Source: Okeania sp. (lineage in GTDB: Bacteria > Cyanobacteriota > Cyanobacteriia > Cyanobacteriales > Microcoleaceae). From it: a stretch of 32,000 bases of DNA. Where the stretch lies: positions 27,173-59,172 of the forward strand of contig NZ_JAYKGW010000109.1 in assembly GCF_035285525.1 (NCBI RefSeq), read 5' to 3'. The translations under genes and the position numbers were made by a program. This document shows positions 16,717-27,900 of this stretch, one piece after another (the stretch's first letter is position 1; each line of letters opens with the position of its first letter). Under the pieces are notes generated by a model that made no database searches, was not told the DNA's origin, and worked only from the letters and a program-made list of their open reading frames with translations.

Positions 16717-17469
16717 ATGCTATCCCTTGACGTTCCCCAGTATGCGTCCGCCCAAAAAATAAGTCAAACTTACCGAATTTTAGTGGTAGAAGATGAAGAA
16801 GTCATCCGCCAAATGCTGGTGCTCGCACTTCAGGAAGAAGGCTACGACGTCCTCTGGGCCGAGGATGGCCGCAGCGCCTTGGCGCTGATCCAAGATATTG
16901 AGGCCGCCTCCAATCAACCGCCTATCGATCTGATGTTGCTGGACCTGATGCTTCCCCAGGTCAACGGTCTGGATATCTGCCGCACCCTCCGTTATCAAGG
17001 CAACACCCTACCTATCCTCATCGTCAGCGCCAAGGCCAGCGAAACGGATCGGGTTTTGGGGCTAGAAGTCGGCGCCGACGATTACCTGAGCAAACCCTTT
17101 AGTATGCGGGAATTGGTTGCCCGTTGTCGGGCCCTGATTCGGCGCCAAAGTTTCGGCGCGGGTTCGACCAACACCTTCCGCAAGTTTCGGGATTTAGTGC
17201 TCTATCCCAAGGAATGCCGGGTCGTTCTCCGGGGGGAAGAGGTGAGTTTAGCGCCGAAGGAATACCGCCTACTGGAATTATTTATGGCCCATCCCCGCCG
17301 GGTTTGGTCCCGGGAACAACTAATCGAGCAAGTCTGGGGCATGGATTTTTTAGGCGACACCAAAACCGTGGATGTCCATATTCGTTGGTTACGGGAAAAA
17401 CTAGAACTAGACCCCAGTCAGCCCGAGTATATTATTACCGTTAGGGGTTTTGGCTACCGGTTTGGCTAG
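16717..17469 (+). CDS. OmpR/PhoB-family response regulator (SphR-like, assignment tentative)
   Basis: 250 aa. The receiver domain reads ILVVEDEE...DLMLLDLMLPQVNGLDIC...ILIVSAKASETDRVLGLEVGADDYLSKPF. The winged-helix C-terminus reads LAPKEYRLLELFM...VDVHIRWLREKLE...ITVRGFGYRF. Confidence 0.9.
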   Translation: MLSLDVPQYASAQKISQTYRILVVEDEEVIRQMLVLALQEEGYDVLWAEDGRSALALIQDIEAASNQPPIDLMLLDLMLPQVNGLDICRTLRYQGNTLPILIVSAKASETDRVLGLEVGADDYLSKPFSMRELVARCRALIRRQSFGAGSTNTFRKFRDLVLYPKECRVVLRGEEVSLAPKEYRLLELFMAHPRRVWSREQLIEQVWGMDFLGDTKTVDVHIRWLREKLELDPSQPEYIITVRGFGYRFG

Positions 17470-17538
17470 GCGGTTAATTTTCTCTTAACCTCGTCTATTC
17501 TAAATAGGTGTTGGCGCATCGACCGTGGGGGGTAAGCG

Positions 17539-18804
17539 ATGGATGTTTTGGCCCTAGTGTTGGGCGGACTTCTAGGTTTTGCCCTGGGATTGGGGGAGCG
17601 TTGGCGGCTCAAGCGCCGGTTAATGCCTTTTTTGACTTCCCTGGAAGATACCCCCCAGGTCGCTCGTTCTCTCTCGCTAATTTCCTTAGTACGCCGGGAA
17701 CTCGCTTATCTTAAAGACCGGGAATCCCGTCTGCTGGAGGAGCGAAGCCAGTCCCGCTTGATCTTAGAGCAGGCCCCCTGGGGCTATCTCCAGGTGGATG
17801 AAGACAACCATTTACTCTGGTGTAACCGTCAGGCCCAGAAATGGCTCCAGATTGACCGCTGGGAATCAAGGCAGTACCGGTTACTGTTAGAATGGGTGCG
17901 GTCTTCCGAGTTAGACCAATTGGTGGAGCGGACTCGCCAGACCCAAACCCCCCATATTCAGGAATGGCTTTTTTTTCCGCCCATCAACCCGGAGACCCTT
18001 AATCCAGGCAACCTCTCCTCCTGGTTACTGAAAGGGTATAGCTATCCTCTACCCCGGGGACAGGTGGCCATTTTTATCGAAAATCTCCAGCCCCTAGCGG
18101 AATTGCGCCGTAGTCGCGACCGAGTCTTCGCCGATCTGACCCACGAGTTACGCACGCCCCTGACGGCGATTTCCTTAGTCGCCGAGGCTCTCTTTCCCCG
18201 ACTTCAATCCCCAGAACAGGGCTGGGTGGGACAGATGCTGACAGAAACTGAGCGCTTACGCGCACTGGTAGACGAATGGCTCAGCCTTTCCCAGATTACG
18301 GAGAATCCGGGGCAGTGTCTGGATTTGGAAGATTTGGATCTGCGAGACGTTTTACTCTCCAGTTGGCAACGCCTGTTACCCTTAGCTCAGGAAAAACAGA
18401 TTCAACTGGATTACCAAGGCGCCGAGCAGTTATGGCTCCGGGGCGACCGGGATCGACTCATTCAAGTGTTTATCAATTTATTCGACAATTGTCTGAAACA
18501 TAGCCCAGAGAGGGGGGTAATTACCGTGTGGGCCGATTTAGGCGCTTCCCAGGCCCAGGTGCAAGTCTTGGATCAAGGCGCCGGCTTTAATCCCCAGGAT
18601 CTGCCCTTTATTTTTAACCGCCTCTACCGGGGCGATCCCTCCCGCCATCGGGGGCAGTCTCCCCGATCCGGTAGCGGTTTGGGGTTGGCTATCGCTAAAG
18701 AGATTATTGAAGCCCATCAGGGAAGCCTCGGCGCCGCCAACGATCCCCAAACCGGAGGGGCCTGTTTCACCGTCACCTTGCCGATTCTCTCAGAGGTTGT
18801 TTGA
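17539..18804 (+). CDS. Sensor histidine kinase, PhoR/SphS-like
   Basis: 421 aa with an N-terminal hydrophobic segment, a PAS-like region, the H-box FADLTHELRTPLTAI, an N-box FDNCLKHSP, FNRLYRGDPSR, and the G2 box GSGLGLAIAKEIIEAHQGSL. It starts 70 nt after the regulator stop. Confidence 0.88.
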   Translation: MDVLALVLGGLLGFALGLGERWRLKRRLMPFLTSLEDTPQVARSLSLISLVRRELAYLKDRESRLLEERSQSRLILEQAPWGYLQVDEDNHLLWCNRQAQKWLQIDRWESRQYRLLLEWVRSSELDQLVERTRQTQTPHIQEWLFFPPINPETLNPGNLSSWLLKGYSYPLPRGQVAIFIENLQPLAELRRSRDRVFADLTHELRTPLTAISLVAEALFPRLQSPEQGWVGQMLTETERLRALVDEWLSLSQITENPGQCLDLEDLDLRDVLLSSWQRLLPLAQEKQIQLDYQGAEQLWLRGDRDRLIQVFINLFDNCLKHSPERGVITVWADLGASQAQVQVLDQGAGFNPQDLPFIFNRLYRGDPSRHRGQSPRSGSGLGLAIAKEIIEAHQGSLGAANDPQTGGACFTVTLPILSEVV

Positions 18805-18967
18805 ATAAAGGGTCAACGCCCTGGTTTTATCCCCCCCTTGGACTGATCCCCTACCCAAAGAATCAGAAAAGCGCTTAACTGGACAAGAGCGTGATCTAAA
18901 TCACCCAAAGGTCGTTTGTGGTTTTGAGATTGCCGCCTTGGGTTAGTCACTTTTCTCGTTTCAAACC

Positions 18968-21900
18968 ATGTCTAACAACTACGGAGCATTTGCCGCTATT
19001 ACCGTTGATGCGGCCGGGACCGAACACGCCGTTTGGGAACAGAGCGGGGCCCTGTGGCATAGCTATTTTGATGAAACCGCTAACCAGTGGGTGGAAGGTC
19101 GTCCTGTGGCCACATCGGTTGGCGGGGGCAAACTGCAACTGATTACCGGCGATATTATTCCCTACCAAGTCACAGATACGGGAACGGGGCAAACCTTTAC
19201 CGAGTATGCGCCAGGGTTGGTGGCAATTTGGGCCGATAGCAACGGCGACCTGTTTTATGTCGTGGGGCGCTATGGGGAAGACCAAACGGTTCAGTGGTCA
19301 AATGCCGTCGAATTTGGCGCTCCTAATCTTAATAATCCCAATGACACCGTTTTTAGCCAAGATCCGGCGCTTGCGCTTACCCCAGCCACCATTACCCAAG
19401 AAGGTATAGCGACTCCGGCGGCGGTATCCGTGGTCTATTCCCAAGTCGATACCACGGTGGAATACATTGCCAACTGGCGGGGCAGTTTAGGCGATCAAAA
19501 TACCCTCATTAGCTTTCGTTTTACTGGTGTTGATAGCAATGGCGATGGCATTTTATCGGGGCGGGGCGCGAATAACAGTTTAGGGGATGGTATTAGCAAT
19601 GAATTGACAAGCTGGACAATGTTGGCGCTGTCGGCGGATGGCACGACGGTTTTAGCCAGTTATGACCTTAGCCAACAGTTAGCCCTCGACACCTTCAACT
19701 TTAATTTTGATCTAGCTAACCAACAAATTTTGGCCAATGCCGATGCAACCGTTTTTTCCCCCAGTGAAGATCTCTATGGCTTAAACACAGGGCTAGACCG
19801 TTCTGTTGATAGTGACGATGCCGTCTGGATACTCAAGAGTCAAAGCGCAAGCGAGGAGATTCAGTTACAAACCATTCCGGTCGGTTCAAACACCCCTACT
19901 ACCATTGCCATCAGTTCCCTAGCCAGCGCGATTTTTCCCGTTGCCAGCCAAACCAACGACGATACTGATCTTTACAGTGAATTCATTGCGTTTACGGGGG
20001 ATGCTCGCACTAGCGATACGCTCACCGATCAAAACGGCAATATGGTCACCTTTGCTGACCAAATACCGATTCCTGCCAGCTATGAACCTCTGGGGCCTGA
20101 GGCCCAGTTTTTGACTGCTGACACGATTAATTCCAAAAGTAATGAGGCTTTGTTGGGATTGGGCGCAACCTCTAGCAGTATTGCCACCACTCCCTTCGGC
20201 ACCACCCAAGGCTTTAATTTAACGTTTGCCGCCGCCAGTTGGATTTTAACGGGGCAAATTCCGCTACCCGCCTCCTTGATTCCGGCCGATAGCAATCAAA
20301 CGTATACCCTGACGGGGTCTATTGGCACGAGCAAGGAAGTCCAAGATGGACAAGTGGTTTACGTACTAGATACTAATGTTTCGATTGCCGAAGGGCCAAC
20401 CATTACATCTGGCTCCGATGAAAGCTCAGGTCGAGATCAATTTGTGGGAACCTCCCTGTCCCTTTCGTTAGACCTGAGCACCACATTTACCCCGGATGAG
20501 TCGGGGGATTTGCAATACTCAGACGCTTCCATAGGTTTGACGCTGGGATTTGGAACGTTTGATGCGATTCAACTGTCTGTTCCCCCTCTACCCGCAAAGC
20601 TAAAGGGAGGGATTTTGCAGGGGAGTGTCACCTTATCTAAACTGAATTTCACGGTTAATACTGGTGTTGACTTAGCAACCAAATCAACGACACCGCAACT
20701 GCCGATTTACCTGACGGGGAATGTCAACACTCCGGGTTCCATCCAGATGGTCAATCAAACCATCACGGCCTTTTTGAATGGAACAGAAGGTGAAGCGTTA
20801 GCGGGTTTGCCCCTGGCTCTATTGCAAACCATTGCTCTGCTGACCCTGGAAGAAAACGCCCAAGGGGAAGTGGAACCCGCTGAGGGAGGAATTTTAAATT
20901 ATCCTGTCGCGACGGTGGAAACCCTGATCGGCTTGCTCTATGGGTTGCAAATTGTGGAGCAGGTGGGCACGTTGTTGGGCGATTTGAAAAACTATACCTT
21001 TGAGGATCTGACTATTGGGCTGGATTATGCGCCGAACTTGAGCGGCAGTATCGGCGTGTTGTTCAATACCCTACAAGGCAACATGGGAGCGGGAGCTGAC
21101 ATTGGCATTGACTTGAATGTGGATAATACAGGGGCGGCCTCAGTCGATTTAGATTTTGCGGGTAATTTGTCGGCCAGCGCTTCATTTTTGCTCTGGAATT
21201 GGTCTTGGGGCTGGAATAAAGGGGTTAGCTATTCTTTTGATTTATCCACTAATTCATCAGCAACCTTAGCAACGGACAGCATAACTGACAGTACGGCCAG
21301 CGGCAATACAGGTGATGTCACTGTCATTTATGCCCCCACGACTGGCTCCAACATTCTTTACCAAACGACAGGGGCCGTCCGCTCCGACTTATCTGATCCC
21401 AGCGCCGGAACCCTCAATGATTTAACGGCAGATGATGATATTACCCTGGCGTTTGACCCCTATACCGGGTCAGTGTTATTGGCTTGGGTGGCGGCGGGCG
21501 GTGACAGTACCCTTCCCCTGGCCAGTCAAACCGGCGCGGTAGTTAGTCGGGTATATGCCTCGGCGTTGGATAGTTCTGGGCGGGGTTGGGATATTCCCAC
21601 CGTGGTGAATCAAACCAATGAGAGCCTTCATCCGGGGTTTAATTTCAACCCTAGTGGTGAATTTTTCTATACCAACACCAGTACCGGGGCGATCGCCAAT
21701 CCGGCCACCATTGAGGATTTTGCCGACTATACCCTTAACCGTATTTTGGTGTGGGGTTTTTCCGAAACAGCAGGGGATTTAAACGCCAACAGTACTCCTG
21801 ATGAAGTGCAAGCAGCGATCCAAGCGACCGATATTTATTACAGCCTCTCCAGTCGTCCCGCCAGTGGAGGTGTGTGGAGCGATTGGAGTGCGCCAGAAGT

Positions 21901-24900
21901 GGCGTTTGCGATGGCGGGAACCGATAGTTTACCCACGGTGGGACAAGATCCCGACGGCAATTTAAGGTTAGCTTGGGTCTCCGATAGCGCCATTAATGAT
22001 GAACCCCTCTCCACCATCTACACCAGTACCTGGGATGCCAGCAATGACCAATGGACAGAAGCGGCGATTGTCGCCCAGCAGAGCGATTTACGGGTTAGTA
22101 AGCTGATTCTGGATGCCTTTGGCTCTAATCCTGCCATTTACTGGACTGACGATATTGCGCCGAGTTACAGCGCCACGGTCTTAGATGACGATCCGGCTTG
22201 GTACTATCGCCTCAACGACAGTGGCAGTTCCGTCGCCCAAAATTTAGGTAATTTAGGCAGTACCTATAACGGCGCCTATGTAGGGGGAACGGTGGCCATT
22301 GTGGCCGATAGTGCGTTAGTGAACACCGAAACGGGTGATGGTGACCCCGATGCGTCGGCCCAATTTAGCGCCACAGCGGGGGGGTATCTTTCCATTCCCT
22401 TTAGTCAAAGCAGTTTAAACGGCAGTTACACCCTCGAACTCTGGGTCAAACTGGATAGCACGGCCAGCGGTCAAATTCTCTTACAAAAACTGCCCCTCGC
22501 CACCGACAGTAATTCAACCCCGACCCCCGAATGGATTCTACAAACTGGGGAAGGGGGAACGCTGGTGTTTGATGTGGGCAATGGCGAAATTACCAGTGAG
22601 GCGCTGACCACCGGAGAATGGTATTACGTGGTGGCGACGCTGGACAGCAGCATTAACGGTACTCAAGACAATCCGATCTCCGCCTTATATTTAAACGGCG
22701 CCTTAGTCGGGCAACAACAGGGCAGTGCCAACCCCAAAGCCGATGCGTCGGTGGTAGCCGGTCAAAATCTGGACGGACAGTTAGATGAAATCGCCATTTA
22801 CAACGCCCTCTTTACGCCAACGCCCGATCCCACAGTGGATGCGAGCGGCAACATCACGAATTATGATCCTGGCATTACTGGGGTCAATGCCATCAGCAAT
22901 CATTATGTCGCCCGCTATAATCTTCCCGCCAATGTGGTGAAAGATGGCACGTTTTATGCGGTTTACGACGGCAGTGAATGGAGTAGTAGTAATCTATTTG
23001 CGCCTCAGCCCCAAGATCCGGTGACTCAGCCCCTACTCTCCCGTCTGCCAACCTATGACGTTGTTTCCACTTCTGGCTTAGCCCCCGATGGGGTGACGGA
23101 TCTTTATACCCAAATTTCCCTCGTCAATCCCAATGCCACCCTCAACGCGATCCAAGTCACCAGCCCTGATGGCAACACTATTTGGAGTAGTAATTGGGCA
23201 ACGGATGGTCACCTTCCCCTCGCAATCATCCAAGGTGATGAACTGACTAATAATGCCAGTGGCGTTAGCCATACCCTCTTGGGCATTACAGAAACTTTTG
23301 ATCTTTATTTTCAAGGGACAGCCTCCACCTCGAACTACACCGTCAAGGTCGTTTTTAGTGATGGCGCCACAGCGACTCAATTCCAACCCTTATTACCGAA
23401 TCCCAGTCAATCGGGAACCGCCGGGGATGTCATTTCTGCCCAGGGGGACATTCTTGAAGATGAAGTGTCGAGTCTGGCTCAGATTGATAGTGGGCTGACG
23501 TTAGCTACCAGCGAAGATTATGTTGGTACTGCCATGGCCGCTGGCGCATTTCTTGATGGTCAAATGGCAATCGCCATTGCGGCCCCCTATGCCAAACCCA
23601 GCGCCAATGGCGCAACGGGGGACGGCGCCATTATCATCATTCCGGCTGGGAAAACGCTTAACAGTAATGCCGGATTAACCCTAGATCCAACCACCGTTCC
23701 CACTGGGGGTGTCCTGATTACTGGGGTAGAAGGTAGCCAAGAAAATGCCGGTTATACCTTGGGGGTAGGAGATATCAATGGCGATGGCAAAGCTGATTTA
23801 GTGATTGGCGCACCGCGAGGTAACAACCAGGCAGGCATTATTTATGTTGTCTTTGGCGAATACCTCACCGCCAACAGTAGCCTCAACCTGGCCACCCTCG
23901 TTAGTGAAGGCAAGGCCTTAGCCATTAGCGGCTTTAGTTCTGCCAGTGAAGCGGGAACTGCCTTAGCGGTGGGGAATTTAAACGGTGACGATTATGCGGA
24001 TATTTTGGTGGGCGCTCCCTATGGCTCCGCCGGGGCCGGAGAAGTCTATGCCATTTATGGTAGCGCCAGCAGTAGTTTAACGCCCCAATTAATTTTTACC
24101 GGCGAAGCGGGTAGTACCGCTGGATTTGCGGTGGACATTGTGCCGGTTAACAGCAGTCGCCATACCCTCAACGCCGATGTCCATGCCGACATTGTGATTG
24201 GCGCTCCTAATTACCAACAAACGGTCACCTTTAACAGCCGTTTTCAAAATGTCAACGCTCCCAAGGATGCCATTAATGCTTGGCTGGCCACCACGCCTAC
24301 CGTTCCCGATAACCAGAATATTACTGGCAGTAATGACCTGACCCTAACCACGGGTCGCGCCTACGTTTTGCTCGGACAGGGGGGCAATTTTGCCACCGGA
24401 CTCACCCAAAGCGCTCTGGGGGCCAATAACGGTTTTATCTTGGATGGCTCTTCCATTTTTAACAGTGATGGGGATGCAGGCTATAGCGTTTCTGGCGCTG
24501 GGGATCTTAACGGTGATACCTACGAAGATTTGGCGATCGGCGCTCCGGCGGAAAGCAAAGGGGCTGGGAGTGTTTATGTGGTCGCGGGGCGCTCCAGTTT
24601 TGCTGACTACATTGATCAAGATCCCTTGTCGTTAGCCTGGGACAGTAACCTAATTCTCACGGCTCCAGAAGCCAGCGCCCATTTGGGTCGTTTGGTGGCA
24701 GATGCAGGCGATTTTAATGGCGATGGTGCTAATGATTTACTGATTGGTTCCCCGAATGCGGGCTACAGCGCCGGTCAAGCCCATATCCTGTTTGGCAATA
24801 CCAGCAGTAGCAATAATCCCCTTTGGAGCAGCGCCACGGGCAACGCCTACAGCACCATTACCCCCCTGCAACCCGGCGCTACCCAAGGAACAGCTTTCTT

Positions 24901-27900
24901 TAACCAATTGGCTAGTGCCCCCGATCCGAGTTTTAATTACTTCACGTTGAATGGAACCAATCCCCAAGACTTAATGGTTCCGGCCACCGATGCGGTAGAT
25001 GTCAATGGTGATGGCGTAGAGGATTTACTCGCCAGCGCCCTCGTTGGCAATCAAGTGGGCATTTTATTTGGCCATCCTTGGCTGGCGGACGAAGGCAGCT
25101 TGAAAATTAAAGACCTGACATCCAATCAGGGATTGATTATTCCGGGCGCAATTGACAACCCCACCGCCGCTCCACAGGTGATTTTACTGGGGGATTTAAA
25201 CGGTGATGGCTATAGTGAAACCTTGGTCAACAATACCCCCACCGCTAGTACTCTTGTCTTTGGGGGCGGCACCCAAGCACTTCTCGATGACAGTCTGGTT
25301 ACTCGTGAATTGACCTTAACCCAAGCGGTTTCTACCCAGTACACCGCCGTGGGGGATGTCAATGGGGATGGTTTGCAAGATGTTGTGGCAGAAACGAGCA
25401 ATTCTGCCCTAAATTTGAATGGCATTAACAATTATGCTCAAATTCCCAATATCGAAGCGATTAACTTTGATACGAATGACAACTTTACTGTAGAAGCGTG
25501 GATTTGGATCGATACCCAACAGCCAGATACCCAAGAGGGGGACAATGACATCATTGAAAAATGGTCAGAGCAAGGGGGATATCCGTTTGTTATTCGCTAT
25601 CAGAGAAGCGCTGGAGAAATTCTTGTCGCTCGTTTTGATGGCACAAATAATCCTGCCATAAGCGCAAAAATTGGAACTAACCAGTTCTACCATGTCGCCT
25701 TTGTTAAAGACGGTAAAAATTTATACCTTTATTTGGATGGCGAACTTGCGGCTTCCGCAACTGATACCACCACCAACAGCACTCAAAATAACTCTCCTCT
25801 ATTTTTAGGCAGAAGGGGTGCGAGTGATCGCCCTAACTATTTTGCTGGGCAGATCGATAATCTCCGTATCTGGAATGTGGCCCGTACCCAAGCCGAAATT
25901 CAGGCCAATCTCAACCAAACCATTGACAAGCCTCTAACCCAAACCAATTTAGTCGGGGATTACACCTTTGATAATGGAACGGTAGATGACAGTAGCCAAA
26001 AAGGAAATAACGGCGCTCTGGAAGCGGGAGCAACGATTACAATGGTTTCAGCCATCACGAGTTTATTGTTGGGGAATGAGACGTTAGGAACCCAAGAAAC
26101 GTTAGATATTTCCACGTTACCGTCCTTCTCTCTATCCTCATTATCTGGGTCAATTACAAACATTGTGCCGGGATTAGATCCCAATGGCGATGGATTTAAC
26201 GACTGGTTGATACAGACAACGGAAGCACTTTACTGGGTTGTGGGTAATGCCGAGGGAACGATCGCCGATCCGGTGGCGTTAGATTTGAGTAATGCCCCCC
26301 TAACGTTCACAGAATTTTTAGGTATTACGGCGATCGCCGACACCAACAATGATGGTTACAGCGACTTGATTGGCATTAACGCTAGCAGCACCCCTGAACT
26401 AAGAATTCCCTATGTCATTTATGGTTCGGCTAATTTTGGTCAAACAGACACTGCTCTCACCTATGGGCAATTACCGACCGTTAATTTATCTTTATCACCC
26501 CAATTGGATGTCTTAGACATTGGCGATGTTAATGGGGATGGCAAGGGCGATTTTGTGGTGATTGGCTCAGGGATTGAGGACAATCTTTTTTATCTTGCCA
26601 TTAGTGGCAGTGGAGAAACAAATTACACTTACGCCTCGCTAGAAGGTGAAAACATTGCTGACACCAATCCTTTGCAGTTAATCGGCAATGGAGATATTAA
26701 TGGGGATGGCTTTGATGATGTCATTGTCGGACAACCCAGTGCATCCAAAGTCTATGTCGTTTTTGGCAGTCCTAACTGGAAAAATGTAGGACAGACTGAT
26801 TTTATTTTCCTTCCCAGCCTCACCACATCAGCCACAACAACCGTTACTGCTGATGGTTTACCCCTATTCGGACTAACCATCGAAGGGCTGGCCAACTCCC
26901 AAGCTGGCTTAACCCTCGGTGGCGGTGAGGATGTGAATGGCGATGGGTTTGCCGATTTTGCCATTGGCGCACCGGGTGTGGATAACCTTAGCTATGTGCT
27001 GTTTGGCGGTGATTTCCTCGCAACATTGAGCCAAGGGGGAACGATCGCCAACGATGTTTTGGAGGGAACAGCAACGGGAGATAAAATTATCGGGAGCAAT
27101 GGCGCAGATTTTTTGGACGGCCGAGGAGGGTTTGATGTCCTTGTGGGTGGCTCCGGTAATGATGTCCTTGCCATTGGCGATACCGATTTTCGACGAGTTG
27201 ATGGGGGCAGTGGGCGCGACACTCTTAAGCTGGCAGGAGCGCTCAATCAAGTCTGGGATTTAACCGAGCTAAGCAGTGGTTTGCGACTCCAAAATCTAGA
27301 AGTTATTGACATGACCGGCTATGGCGAAAATACGTTAACCCTCAATGCCTTAACGGTTCTGAATTTATCTACCACCAGTAACAGCCTCTTTGTGGATGCA
27401 GATTCTGGCGCAAATGGTTTTACCGACACTCTATTCTTAGCGAGTGACTTTACCAACCAAGGAACCGTATCTGGTAATGGCGTTACCTACGATAAATATA
27501 CGTCGGCAGAAGCGTCTATTTATGTCACACCCGGAGTTCGGGTTATCTCTCTGGACACACTAACAGTTGTCACCACCAACGATGATATTGGTTCCGTCGA
27601 GGTCGCCATTACAAGCTTGACTGCGCCAGAAGAAAATTCCGTCGCCGTCTTCGACGCAACCCCCCGCATTTTTGTCTCTGAAGGGGTGGTTTCTGAAAGC
27701 GAATCAGAGGCTAAGTTCACAGTTACCCGAACTGGTGACATTAGTGAAGGCTTAACCCTAAATTACACGACTCTCGATGGTACTGCTGATGCGGGCACCC
27801 ATTTTATCCCTCGCTCCGGCAAACTGATTTTTGGGCCGGGGGTCGAAACCCTCTCTGTGGATATTCCCCTGATTGATGACATTATTCTACGGCAGTCCAA

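Noticed and set aside
17124-19285. Overlapping and antisense ORFs in the GC-rich half (17124-17444, 17508-17714, 18074-18265, 18276-18503, 18538-18750, 18918-19142, 18947-19285, and the many 60-110-aa ORFs inside 19.2-27.8 kb)
   Set aside because: All lie inside or opposite well-supported genes. They have Arg/Pro/Gly-rich low-complexity translations typical of off-frame reading of GC-richer DNA, and none has a recognisable motif.
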